Shown here: positions 35,801-49,085 of the stretch, piece by piece | How positions within the stretch are numbered: position 1 is the stretch's first letter | Layout of the letters: every line of letters starts with the position of its first letter | Source of the DNA: Rhina ancylostomus | Taxonomy: Eukaryota | Reading direction: 5' to 3' | DNA: 64,000 bases | NCBI GenBank assembly: GCA_030265395.1 | Contig: JARFYF010000046.1 | Location: 5,996,593-6,060,592 of the forward strand | Translations under genes and position numbers: made by a program | Notes under the pieces: model-generated | Seen by the model: only the letters and a program-made list of their open reading frames with translations | Told to the model about the DNA's origin: nothing | Database searches by the model: none

Positions 35801-38800
35801 TACAGGCTCAGAAACATCAAATGCTCTTCAAACGCTTTCCATTTGCAGAATTAAATATTTCATTAAAGTTACTCAAATGAAAATAATTTTGTGGAGTTCA
35901 TTAATCCAAAACATAATTTCTAATAACAGCTCAAAAGTGGCACTGAAGTATGCTTCATTTACAAATGGCAAATGCTGGAGACTGCTTGAATTCAGCTGTT
36001 CAGGGGATGCACTCCACACTACAACCAATCTCTACCAAGCTGGGCAACAGCACACAATCAAAGGCTGCAAGCACACTGAGTCTCACAAAGCAGCCCTGAA
36101 AGGAAGAAGCATGCAGGCAGGTTCTAGCTGGGAGAGTTCTTAAGATCTCACATCACTTGGGAAACAGAGATAAGGGACAGAATCCAATGAGCCAACTGGA
36201 GAGTACAAGGTGGCAGGGGTGGAACATTTCACAGTATGTATTAGTTTCTTACTGCTACACACATTTTAATGTTGGTTGGAAGGGTTGAACTAGTTACAGC
36301 TCCTCGGTTGGTTCTCAGCTAATCCTGCGAAGCCCCTCACTACCAGCATCTATCACCATTATCTAGATGCCCTTTCAACACCCAAAACCTCCACCACCAC
36401 TTCCCAAACCTCCAACATCCACAAGGAAAAGAACCTCATGAGTGGTGATGTACAAGTGGGAGACAATGACCAGCACCAGCATGGAAGTCTTATCACATTC
36501 CATCCACATTCAATGATATTACTATCGCTAATCCTTCACCAACATCGTCAGAGAGGAAGTCACCAGTGAGCAGAAACAGGGCAGCCACATAAATACTTCT
36601 CACCTTTGGGAAGCAATTCACCTCCTTACTTCTTAATGTCCACCATCTACTAGGAACATGTCCGACGTGTAAATTGCCTGGAATGATGCAGCTGCAGGAC
36701 AAAGCTGTTGGCTTGACTTGGACCCCACCCACCTAACCATTCGCTTCCTCCACCACTCGCATACTAAGGCTGTACTGAGGATGGTATTCACATTACACTG
36801 CAGCATCTGATCAAGGCTTCTTCAACGGCACCTCCAACCCAAGGACCTCCACTCCTGAATGCCCAATGAAACACAGCATCCTGGCATGAAAACATACTGG
36901 CAATCTTTCACCATCGCTGGTCTTGCTACTGGAATTCCTAATCCAAAAGCACTGTCGGAATCCTCAATCTTAGAGTACAGGAAGTGACCAACTTCTCAAA
37001 TGATCCAAAAGGCATGGTTAATAACTGTGGGCCCTGCCAGTGAAGTCCACATCTTAAATGTCAAAGCATAATTTGGAGCAAGGAAGAATCAGCTGCAGCA
37101 TTCTTGCATGCGATTAATCACAAAGCAAAATTCTCCATGAAACCGTCAGCTAACTATAAGCACTATGAGCCCATAAATTCTCCTGTAGTCAAGATTCCTT
37201 CTCCATACATCCATCCTAAACATCTCATGAATATATCCCAGTGAAAGTAAACTTGTTTCATCAAATATAGAGGTTCAGGCAGCATTATTTGGATAAACAA
37301 CAAGCAGTAAGGGTGTATGTGCAGAAAAGGAAAATGCCTATAAATAAATGAAATGGAAATATGACACAATAATTAATATCTGGTACATAAATAATTTTAA
37401 TAAACAACTTAATTCCTAAATGCCCAAATACATGTACATCTGCGTATACTGATGATAATAGCACTGTTTCCAACGTACTGAGCTAGCTTAGGAGGAGCTT
37501 TTTGAAGACTTGCAAGATACAAGGGGGCACGCATCAAATCAAAAAGCTATTATGGTAATCAGCTTCTGTCTGGCCCCTGGGAAATTCTATGCTACTGGAT
37601 ATTGCACAAATAAATCATAAATCACACTGCAACCGGGAGTCTGCTTACAGCTTAGCACTAAAATGATTTTAAAACGTGAGGATTTTTGGCCCCTTAACAC
37701 ATTCCCTTCATCAGCACCACATCTAGCCCCTGACTAAACCAATGTTGATCTGTGAACCTGATCATTTATTGACATACAGCACAAAACTGTACACAATCCT
37801 TCTGTTATCTACAACAGATAGTTGCACAAAGCTTGGAAATAGTCGTCCATTAGCTAGGAGGTAAAAAAAGAGTCCGATGTAAAGCCTCAAGTTCCTAAAC
37901 CGGTTTCAACATCTGTACACCTAACATAAGGGTCTGATAATTAGGAAGAATCAGGTTCCAGTTTTCACTGGGGTAAAATGTGCTTTGAAAAAGACTTACA
38001 AAAATCCATTTCCTATTACTGGACCTAAGAACTGTAATACACAATACCCCAGCCCAAAATTTCTGGCCCATGCAGCTGCATTCAATGATATTCAGAGACC
38101 AACAAAACAAGCACAACTTTTATTTTTCTGTAAAATATTCCATGTGTATAATAACGCTAGACACATAATTGCTGCAGTGTGGCTAATTTCCACTGGTTGT
38201 ACGACTTTTGGAAATAGGAATTTATCTCATCCTTCAGAGGCTTTGTATTATTTCTATATTAAATTGCAGCCACTTCACAATAGTCTCCTTGCAGAAGTTC
38301 TGCATCAGAATCTGGGCATTCAATGCCAGGAATATTCTGTGAGATTACAGAACTAACTTTGGTCTTCTTTCAGCTTCCTTATCGAGCAGAGAAATTAGAG
38401 TCTGCTGTTGAAAGACAATTTTCATGCAGTTACCTTATTCTGATTCAAACAGTTCCTTTCATGGCAACGTTTGAAGTTTCTCACTAAGTACTGAATCTAT
38501 ATTGTCTTGCAGATGGGACACACTGATTGGCCATCTTTAACAGTGAATGCGCAATCCTTCTGCCCGTTCTAAATTAAACCAATTTCTTCTAAATTTCTTA
38601 CAATTTGATGATGTCACTATCATCCACAAAGTTAATGGAGGCCTATCAACCTGAATGAGCAGTGAGCACAGCATGTAGTACACAGGCCCTGAATTCAGCA
38701 GGAAGATTCTACCCAGAGACAGCAACCACAACACATGTATTCACCACCATGGTTGGATACAGTCTGACTACAGCCGTCTGTCCCACAACAGTCCAAGCAG

Positions 38801-41500
38801 TGCATGTCTTATGGACTGTCTGCCAAAGTTAAAGGTTATTGTACACCAGAAACCATATTCCCCTCTAATACGTATCTGAAAGAAATTTTTGCCTTGAATC
38901 TCAGAGCAGCATCTGAACCACATGCGGCTCATGAGCTGTGGCATGGTCAACACTGCACTACACAGCATTCAAGCTATACTCTGGATTGCTAGCTTTTACA
39001 AATGGGGGAGGCATAAATGGTAAAGTTCAGAGACATTTACCAAAGAAAGCAGCAGAAGGTAGTTTCAGAACCACGTGGCTCATATGTCTACTATTGACAG
39101 AACTGTTGGAATACTACCAATTGTTTAAAACAAAGTTGCATTTACAGTATACACCACACTGGCCCTGCTTAGACCAGAATGTGCATGGGCAACCTGTCAC
39201 TGGTACACCAGTAAATCTGGGAGACCTCTGCAGTCATGAACTGGGGTGGATAAACTACCCAATTCATCCACAGCCCACCTACGTGCCATTATGGAAAGTT
39301 CAGCCTGAAACCACTACAAACCTTCAACTACAATCTCTTTCTCACTGTGCAATTGCAGGTGGCTTCTTTAGTACCAGAGTCACTTCCTTTTTGAGATGCT
39401 TCTGACTGAAGTTTGTTGTCTCGTGTCATTTGTTATCCATTAATGTTAATTCCCTGTTCTCCTTTTGCCTTCTGTTTTCATTTCTGAAACGCTTGCCACT
39501 TCCTGTCCCTGTTGGTACAGTTGGATGTGGAGCAACAATAATTGATTGGAGCTGTGGTGCAGAGACATGATCTAATTGAACAGCTGATCAGGCTTGAGGG
39601 CCTAAATGAAGCAGCTGCTTTCTGATACTATGCCAATGCAAGGAAATAAGTTTCATGAATGAGGTGCTGTCTTATCATCCAAAACAGCCATCGACTTCCT
39701 GTCTGATCTGTTGCAGAAACCTGCCAGTCAAGGCACTGGACTTGGTAACTTGAAGAATTAGTTTCACGTTCCATAAAGATTAAATGTGCTAATAAGAGAA
39801 CTGTTCATTGTAAGTCCAAGAATGGCAACATATGGTCTTTCTGACCAATATTATTGTACCAAAACAAGCCTCATTTCCTTTCATTTTCATTCCTCTTCTA
39901 GCATTTGAGGCCCCTACATCAACCAAGGTAAATCTTTTTTTGAAAAGTAACATTATAACATAACCAAATTTAAGGCAGAAACTAAATTAGCCTGAACTTT
40001 CTCCAGCTCCACATATACAAGCCAAGGCCTCAATTCCTATTCCACGATTTCAGTCACTTCAAAGCCCCAGCAATAACTATTATATATACTCCTTCTAAAG
40101 CCTCAACACTCTTCCTGCCCGCCTTGGCCTAGACACCCTACTATCAAGGACTTGTGCAACAATTCTTTCATTGGATGTGTGCATCATTAGATAGAAAGCT
40201 ATTCACTTGGGAGTGGGAAGTACAATGGTATCATATGTTGCAGCAAGACAGAATTAGAGGCCAAGGTTCAGCTCCCAATCTGAGCCCCAAAGTACCGGGA
40301 AAGTGCCTAAGAAGGCAATGTAACCTCCAGGAAGTAAACCTGCAACACGACAGAGGGAGAAGCACTGAACATCAGCCATCAGTCAATGAAAGAGAATGCT
40401 CCTTGACAAGAAAGAAGCTTAGGCCTGTGCCCTCATTGGGGAATGGAAAGAGACATCAAATTTGACTTCTTCATCAGGTTGTAGATAAATTAACAATGAT
40501 TTCATTCTAAATAGACGTTGAGGATCGGTGCCCAAAGATAGGTCGTCCAGAAATATTCCAATCAATAAAATAGTACCTCTAACAATAGATTTTCTGATAG
40601 ACAGTTCTTAACGTTCGAGAACACTGAGAAATAAACTTCCAACATGAAGCTCAGAGTGATCCAGCCTCACTGTAAATCCACTGTGAGCAGGAGGCATGTT
40701 ATGACTTCCCTTCTATCTAACCAAAATCAGCTTTGCCAGTGATCATAAGAATCTACTCAGCCATGACAAGCCTCTCCATGTGGCCTCTCAGCCTCTAGTG
40801 GCCATGAATCATAGCACAGCTGCCACTTTAAACTCCCTGGAGTTCAGAAATTGCTGGAAAAATCAATCACTTCAGAGTCAGTGCTGAACACTTCCTGCCT
40901 GCAGTGATACTACACCACAGCCCAAGCATTCAGATACGACGACAAGTACTTTAACCACATCCTCTCCACCTTCATCTGAGATATCAGTACTCCCACGACC
41001 AGTGTAACAAAGCTTGTATTAAGAGGCCCCTCTGTACTACAGCAATCTCAGGACAATGGTTTGCTGACCAAACAATCTGCTGTGTTCAAGCCTGCCTGCT
41101 GCCACTTGAGGTTCATAAAATGCCATGATCTGGCCATAATGCATATTAAAACAAGAGCAGCGCAAGTAGTTGGCTGGAGAGTTACAAATCTGTAAATCAA
41201 TGAGGGACGCAAAAAGTGACGTCAAGTGTGTGATAACTGCCTAAACGAAACAGACTTAAATAACTGCCCCTTCCAGCTTTATATTAAAGATGAAACACAA
41301 ATGGGTCTGAAAATGATTTTTTTCTTGATACTGGCTGTCAGGGATTATACACCAAACCAGCATTTTTGCAAGGCTGACATAGTGCAAGTGGTGGTTTGAG
41401 GGCAACAATAGGATCTCGAGTGCACATTTGTTTCTTCATGGGTTCCTAACTGTGCAACACATTGCAAAAGTTTTCAAAGGGTACAGAAATGACCTCTTAC

Positions 41501-41586
41501 CCAGTGTCTAACTGAGCAATGCAAAAGGGAGTGATTCTTCTCCGTCCATCAGCTGTCCTAGTTTCAATCTGCTTCTTTAATAAATT
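41501..41586 (-). CDS. HIRA: HIRA coding exon (approx. exon 13), ASF1-binding B domain: NLLKKQIETRTADGRRRITPFCIAQLDTG
   Basis: 86 bp; polypyrimidine plus TAG acceptor, GTAAGA donor; diagnostic ETRTADGRRRITP motif. Confidence 0.97.
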
Positions 41587-43012
41587 CTATAAAGGGAGAA
41601 CAAGAAAGAAAGAAAATTCAGATGTTATTATCCAGCACACTATTTGCTTCCCATTGAAGCTCTCTGTAATGTGGCCAAGTCTTTTAATTGTTTTTTTCAG
41701 CCTCACAGTTATTCAGACTGCTCTTTTAATCTCACAGACCACAGAAAGCAGCGCACTTTAGAGGAGCCTTCATTCAGAAGATGAATCCTTTGAAACAAAG
41801 ACCAAATGCGATGGGAGTAAAATACCTAACACAAAACACAACAGGCTGCTACAATTGCCATGCAAATGGCGCTCTTGCCATCTTTCAGGGGATGTTTGAA
41901 ACCCAACACCCCTTGGAAACAAGCTGCATCATATTACACTAGACGTGCATAATAGCAGTGGTGCAATCAAGATCAACTCTCTGTGCAGGATGGCAATCAA
42001 GTTATTTAATAAAAAGTGACAGTTCTTCATTACTAAAATTCTTATTTGACTACAGCTGATGAGCACATGTACTTTGTGAAATATTTTGATCCATATTCTG
42101 TACAAATGTACAAGATAACCTCTCCACGTGCACCAGAGTTTAAAACAAAGGATCTCGTTTTGCCTAATTTTATCAGTTACTAGTGATCAGTAGTGAGAGC
42201 AGTTATACTCTTCACTGGGTGCAACCATATTAAAGGTAAAGCAGAGTCTGGGGACAGAAAAAATATGACTACTTTTAAAATCAAGCTAAGTGAACCCACC
42301 AAGAATGTGCCCAACAGGTTTTATTTGATTTTCACATGGAAGAACGGTATGAATTGGTCAGAGGATCTGCAGGTAGGTTAGCTGTCTGATAAGGTATGGT
42401 AAGAACCAAATATCTTGTAAGGACAGTTATGATCATGGAAGGTTTCCACAACAAGTAGATGCATGGATCCTACTTAAAATTAAATCTGTATAACTGCCAT
42501 GTCACTTTAAGATCCTCCAGCTGCGGTTGCCCATTAAGACACTCTGAAAGCCCCTCTCAGACCTGCGACTGCCTTCACCCAGGAACGGCACCACCTGCAG
42601 ATTCCCCTACAAGCACACACCACCCTGACTTGGAAATATATCACCCTCCTTTTATCACTGCTGGGTTGAAATCCTAGGACACTCTGTATTTAACCTCTGG
42701 TTAAATGTTAAAAAAAGTGGTTCAGGAACATGCAGTTCGGGAAAAATATGAACAAAAGCTATGAAATGAGGATATTGAAGAGGGAACGCACAAAGGAATG
42801 TAAAGTTGCAAAATACAGGGGTGTAGGACATTCTGAGCTGGTCAGACTGCACTAATGAGAGAGAAAAACTGTCAATGAACAAGTTACAGCAGAAATGGAC
42901 AGTACTGATATAACAGAGAAAGCAAGTCTGAAAGACTGTGATGTGCCCAGATGGAAGAAGTGCTGTTCCTCAAGCTTATGTCAACCCCTCTTATAACAAT
43001 ACAGGAATGGTA

Positions 43013-43237
43013 CGGGTGGCACAGTAGCATAGCAGTTAGCGCAACTGCAGTACCAGCGATCGGGGTTTGATTCCCGCTGTAAGGAGTTTGTACGTTCTCC
43101 CGTGTCTGCGTGGGTTTCCTCCAGGTGCTCCGGTTTACTCCCACATTCTAAAAACGTACAGGTAGGTTAATTTGGGGTTTAAAATGGGCGGCGCAGACTT
43201 GTTGGGCCAGGAGGGCCTGTTACCATGCTGTAAATAA
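43013..43237 (+). mobile_element. tRNA-derived V-SINE (HE1-like), same subfamily as 33045-33283, opposite orientation
   Basis: GGCACAGTAGCATAGCAGTTAGCG head, gggtttcctccaggtgctccggtttactcccaca V domain, CR1-type tail. Confidence 0.88.
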
Positions 43238-43244
43238 GCTACAG

Positions 43245-43640
43245 ACAAATAGAATGGGAGTGGGATGCAGGATTAAAGTGACAGGCAACAGGCTTGTGAA
43301 CGCTACAGAATGAATGCAGATGGTCCACAAAGTGTTCATCCAATCTGCCCTTGGTGTCTCCAATGTAGAGGAGACCACATTATGACCACTGGTTTGGAAG
43401 ATGTGCAAGTTAATCACTATGTCACTCGGAAAGACTGACCAGGGAAGGAAGAGGTGAAAGATCAGGTGTTGCGTCTTTGGCAGTTGCATGGGAAAATTCT
43501 TTAAGAAGGGAAGCAGTTGGTGGGGACGGATGAGCGGTGAAGGGAGCGGTCTCTTCAATGTACTGAAATGGGAGGGAGGTTGCGTCTGGTGGTGGAATCA
43601 TGTTGAAGTGGACGGAAGTTGTGAAAAATCATGCATCTCT
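43245..43640 (-). mobile_element. Penelope-like GIY-YIG relic
   Basis: Reverse reading gives GLLYIGDTKGRLDEHFVDHLHS-like sequence. Confidence 0.65.
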
Positions 43641-43874
43641 TGTTAGAATTGTCACCATCACTTCTGTGACACAACTGCTTCATACCATAAAAGTTCTTTC
43701 AATAGGAAATTAGACAGAGAGATAATAATTTGCAAGGATGTGGATAAAGAATGGGGTAATGAGATGGAAAAGTACATTGCTGAAACTGAAGCTGACATGG
43801 ACCCTTCTCATAGTCATAGGGCACAGAAACAGGCTCCTTAGTCTGTCTAGTCTAGTCTAGTCTGCACCAGACAT

Positions 43875-44130
43875 TAAACACCCATTTACATTAGACTCTA
43901 TTTATTCTCTCTCAATCCCATCAACTCTCTATAGTTCTACCACTGCCAGAGACAATTTATAGCAGCCAGTTAATCACCAACCTGTACACCCTTGGGATGT
44001 GGGAAGAAACTGAAGCACCCAGTGGAAACCCGTGAAATTATAGGGAGAATGTGCAACTCCGCACAGACAGCACAGGATCAAACCTAATCCTTGGAGCTTT
44101 GAGGCAGCAGCTCTACAAGTTGTGCGACTG
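43875..44130 (-). mobile_element. V-SINE relic
   Basis: cttgggatgtgggaagaaactgaagcacccagtggaaacc V domain (reverse). Confidence 0.7.
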
Positions 44131-47100
44131 TAACAGCTCTGTGATCCCATCAGCAGTCCATGCCAGAATTCAAGAATGGATATTGCATCTTCTGCATGGG
44201 AAAATCCTACAAGGGAAGTGGTTGGTGGGGAACAGGTGAGCACAGCAGGGAGTCACTAAGGGAACAGTCTGTTTGAAGCATTGAAGTGGGAGAGGTGGGG
44301 AAGGTGTGTCTGGTGGTGGAATGTCATTGAAGCGGGTGGAAACTGTGAAGAATGACCCATCTCTTGTTAGAAATGGTCACTCGCACTGGGTAACACAAAT
44401 GTTTCATACCATATAAGAGTTCAGATCTTGAAACATGCATCCACAGGGAGTTACATTTATAGAAGAGTTTGAAATAGAATTGAACGTAGTACAATCATTA
44501 TTAACGTTCACACTGATGATTTACAATGAAGGGTCATTGGGTAAAGCAAATGAAGGTTAGGCCTGGGATAGAGCATTGGGGAAGCCCTGTTGCAGCAGCC
44601 TGCAACTGAAATGAATGTCCTCCAACAACCCTCCTTTGTGAAGTGGAGTTTACCATACAGTTTTACCAGATAATCGCTACTTCGATAAAAGCTGTCATTC
44701 TCACTACATCGGTAGCAAGGAATTTATGAGGTCAGTAATTGAGTGGTCCTGGTGAAATCAAAATCAATCGTTGGTAAAAAAAAATCACAGGGGAGTAAGT
44801 GTTTTGTCATCACTGTCTACAACACTTTGCACCATTAATTAGCCTGATGCGATTAGTTCCATTTTTGTACACTGATCAGACTTGGGGAATTTTTCACATC
44901 ATGACGATGCCAGTGTTTTAATTAAACTGGAACAGTAGAGAGTCTTGGAAGCCCAGCTATTCTGGAGGACAAATCTTCAGCACTACAGCTGGTTCTGCCA
45001 CCTCATCCACAGGCTTTATATATAAATGTGTAACAGGCTGTCCAGGAGGAAACGGAAATGCATCATCCTCAGCACAGCACTTGTAGCTCAAGAACTCTTG
45101 GCGGATGGGGTTCCAATCAAGCACTAATGCCAGAATGCAGATGTTTTACGAACTGGTCCTTCTGTAATCTGCTTAATTGTCCACCACTGTTCATAACCAG
45201 ATGTGGCAGGACTGCAGAGCATTGATCTGATCCATTAACTGTGGGATTACTGAGGTCCAACTTTTACTTGCTGTTTTAACAAGCACGTTGTCCTGTGACG
45301 AAGTCTTGTCAGGCTGGCAAATTTAGCCACACCTAATATCTGGCAGCTCCTGGTATCCACCACTACACTCCTCAATAAACCAGGGTTGGTCATCAGGTCA
45401 CAGATACATTCTGACACCTAGGTCCTCAGGACTCGGCCAGCTCAGTCAGACTGGTACTAACGAGCCATTCATGGTGAGAGAGATTGAAACCTTCACCTGG
45501 AGTAGATTCTGTGCCTCTGGTACTCTCAGTGCTATTTTCAAGTATTTCTTATCATGGAGGAGTACAAATACAGTATATGAGAGAGGACAGCAGATGGTAT
45601 CAGGTGCTATTTAACTTCATGGGGTCTGGTGTCAATATTAAGGACCCTCGGGGCATTTTTTGCTGACTGTAGACTACCCTTGTGCCCTTGGTAATACCCT
45701 TGGTATTACCCTTGAGAACCCTTCTTGTGGTTCTGTCCTGGTAGATAGGATAACCCAGGTATTGTGATGAAGGAGTCTGGGACATAACCTTGACAGTATA
45801 ACTACATCAGACTGTTGTTTCACCAGCGCATAGGACAATCTCTCAATTCAGACCTGGCCTCGCATGTACACAAGGAGGACTTTGCAAGTTGACTGGATTG
45901 GGAGTGACAGCTCTAGAGGCACATTTAAGGCCAGACCAGAAAGGGGCAATAGCCTTCCTTCTCTGAAGGGTATTACCAAATAGGATGGATTGTTTTTAAA
46001 CCAGAATTGCTAGTTTTCATGGACCCTATTGTTGATAATTAAGTAAGAAATTTAATTCAAAATTTTCCAGCTAACATTGTGGATCCGAACTCATGTCCCA
46101 ATGCCTTGGATTACTAGTCTGTACCTTAACCACTACATCACTGTTCCCTTATTACAAAGGCCACTGGTAATGACTTAGCCACACTTTCTACAAGCATCCC
46201 AGTGATTGCTAGAATTCATAGATGGCAGCTCCCATTTACCAATTCAGGAAATGAGAAGCAAACAAGGAAACTTCATGGAACTTTGCTGTGTTCCAACATA
46301 GGCTGCAGGTTAAATAATAAAATAAAACAATAATCATCAGCAAGTTAGCATGTTATTCAAAGTATTATGAACCATAAGTGGAATTTTTTTTTAAAAACTG
46401 CAGATGCTGGAAATCTAAAACAATAACAGAAAATGCTAGAAATACTCAGCAGGTCAGGGTGCATCTGCTGAGTATTTCCAGCACTTTATGTTTTTGCTAT
46501 TATGAATTTTAAGAAGGCCAAGAGAATTAAACTGGCCTTGAGCACAAAACCAACACAGCTTAAAGTGGAACAATGAAGTTGTTGTTTGAGCAGCATGTTT
46601 TCTTCAGCCTGAGAAGGACTGGGACCAGCTTGTTTACTTTAGCTTGGGAAGGAATTAGTAACGGCCTATTTTAGACTCTTAGAGTGGAAGGGGGAACGAC
46701 TAACATCTTGGTATTCAGTCAAGCATGAATTGTAAGACTTAGGAGAACTTAGCCCTTGGTGTCAAGGTCAACAGCAGCATAATTAAAAGACAAAGCAAAA
46801 TAGAAAGAGAGTTTACATGCAGAATTCTTTAACTGGTATAAATATCTCAACTCAAGATTCAGGACAGTTCAAGAAGGAAAAGTCAAGGAAGACACGGATA
46901 CCTGCCACCAGCTGTTTCTCCAACCCAGTCTATTAGCACTATACGCGTCATAGATTGAGCAACTACTCCTCCAGGTCACCTGCTATTCGACTGTCATGAG
47001 TAAACCATGCTGAACATGTTGCTACAAAGTGGTTAGCACCCAGACTGTTTAATAGTTCCTTCCTTTTACAAAAAAAACTCATTTTCAGGATCTGGGCATC

Positions 47101-47249
47101 ACAGGCAAAGCCAACACTTATTGCCCAGCCTTAACTGCCCTAGAGAGATGGTGGTGAATTGCCTTCTTGAACCCCTGCAGTTCCTCTGAAGATACCCCCA
47201 TAGTGCTGGTCTAAGATTTTGGGAAGTCAGAGAGATGTAGGTGATAGAC

Positions 47250-47578
47250 AATAACTGGTGGGGCACTGGGGAATGTTAATGAACAGAGAAACCCAGGGAT
47301 CCAAGTCCATAGTTCCCTAAAAGTGGCAACACAGGTGGTGAAGGTGCCCTAAGAAGGCAACCTTGCCACAGGTCAAGGCAAAGAATGCCTTTCTTTGGGA
47401 CATTAGGTTGCAACTTCACAAAACACAGTTTAGGCCGCGCTTGACGTACATAAGATTATGAGAGGCATAAACAAGATAGTCAATTTTTTCCTCCCATGGT
47501 AGGGGTATCAAAAATAACAGGGGGCATAGTTTTAAGATGAGAGGTGGGAGATTTAAAGGGGGTCTTAAGCAAGAGTGA
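47250..47578 (+). mobile_element. CR1-like LINE fragment running into an 820-N gap
   Basis: caagtccatagttccctaaaagtggcaacacagg and gggcatagttttaagatgagagg match the other CR1 copies. Confidence 0.7.
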
Positions 47579-48398
47579 NNNNNNNNNNNNNNNNNNNNNN
47601 NNNNNNNNNNNNNNNNNNNNNNNNNNNNNNNNNNNNNNNNNNNNNNNNNNNNNNNNNNNNNNNNNNNNNNNNNNNNNNNNNNNNNNNNNNNNNNNNNNNN
47701 NNNNNNNNNNNNNNNNNNNNNNNNNNNNNNNNNNNNNNNNNNNNNNNNNNNNNNNNNNNNNNNNNNNNNNNNNNNNNNNNNNNNNNNNNNNNNNNNNNNN
47801 NNNNNNNNNNNNNNNNNNNNNNNNNNNNNNNNNNNNNNNNNNNNNNNNNNNNNNNNNNNNNNNNNNNNNNNNNNNNNNNNNNNNNNNNNNNNNNNNNNNN
47901 NNNNNNNNNNNNNNNNNNNNNNNNNNNNNNNNNNNNNNNNNNNNNNNNNNNNNNNNNNNNNNNNNNNNNNNNNNNNNNNNNNNNNNNNNNNNNNNNNNNN
48001 NNNNNNNNNNNNNNNNNNNNNNNNNNNNNNNNNNNNNNNNNNNNNNNNNNNNNNNNNNNNNNNNNNNNNNNNNNNNNNNNNNNNNNNNNNNNNNNNNNNN
48101 NNNNNNNNNNNNNNNNNNNNNNNNNNNNNNNNNNNNNNNNNNNNNNNNNNNNNNNNNNNNNNNNNNNNNNNNNNNNNNNNNNNNNNNNNNNNNNNNNNNN
48201 NNNNNNNNNNNNNNNNNNNNNNNNNNNNNNNNNNNNNNNNNNNNNNNNNNNNNNNNNNNNNNNNNNNNNNNNNNNNNNNNNNNNNNNNNNNNNNNNNNNN
48301 NNNNNNNNNNNNNNNNNNNNNNNNNNNNNNNNNNNNNNNNNNNNNNNNNNNNNNNNNNNNNNNNNNNNNNNNNNNNNNNNNNNNNNNNNNNNNNNNNN

Positions 48399-49085
48399 TG
48401 AAGATAGGAAAAGGGGAAGCCCAATATATAGGAGGGAAAAGCAGGGCAGTGATAGGTGGACAAAAGAGGGGAGGCAGGATGGGCACAAGGTGATGATAGG
48501 AAGATGCAGGTAAGAAATAGTGATAGGCAGCTGCGGGGGAGGAGGGGAGAGCAGACCCGCCAGGGGATGGGTCAAAGGTAAGGAGGAGAAAAAAGGGGGT
48601 AAGTAAAAAAGGTAGGCTCATAAAGGGAAGAAAAAAAGAAGCATGGTTGGGGGTGGGTGAAGCGGGAGTTGTGGAGATTACTTAAGGTGGGAGAATTTAA
48701 TGTTCATGCCATTTGGCTGCAAGGTTCCAGGGCAGAAAAGGAGGTGCTGTTCCTCCAGTTTGCGCTTGGACTTCTCCTGGCAGTGGAGAAGGCCGAGGAC
48801 TCACGTAACTGTGATGGAGCGTGAGGGGGAGTTGAAATGACTGGCAATGGGGAGATGCAGATTGTGGTTACAGACGGAGTGCAGGTGTTCTGCAAAATGG
48901 TCACCTAATCTGCATTTGGTCTCGCTGACGTAGAGGAGGCCACACTTGATATTAAGGGAGGTGCAAGTAAATCTCTGTCTCACCTGAAAGAACTGTTTGG
49001 GCTGCTGCATGGAGGTGGTGTAGGGGCAGGTGTTGCACCTGTGGCAGACGGGGTGCAGTGGAAACTTCCCAGGGTGGGAGTAGGA
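48399..49085 (-). mobile_element. Penelope-like retroelement fragment with GIY-YIG endonuclease remnant
   Basis: ORF 48801..49097: C..C..C..CP...FQVRQRFTC...CGLLYVSETKCRLGDHFAEHLHSV...PIASHFN, typical of a PLE GIY-YIG domain. Confidence 0.82.

Noticed and set aside
47416-48621. Longest ORFs in the track (285-401 aa); similar ones at 34772-35389 and 60198-60881
   Set aside because: They are long only because they read through N runs.
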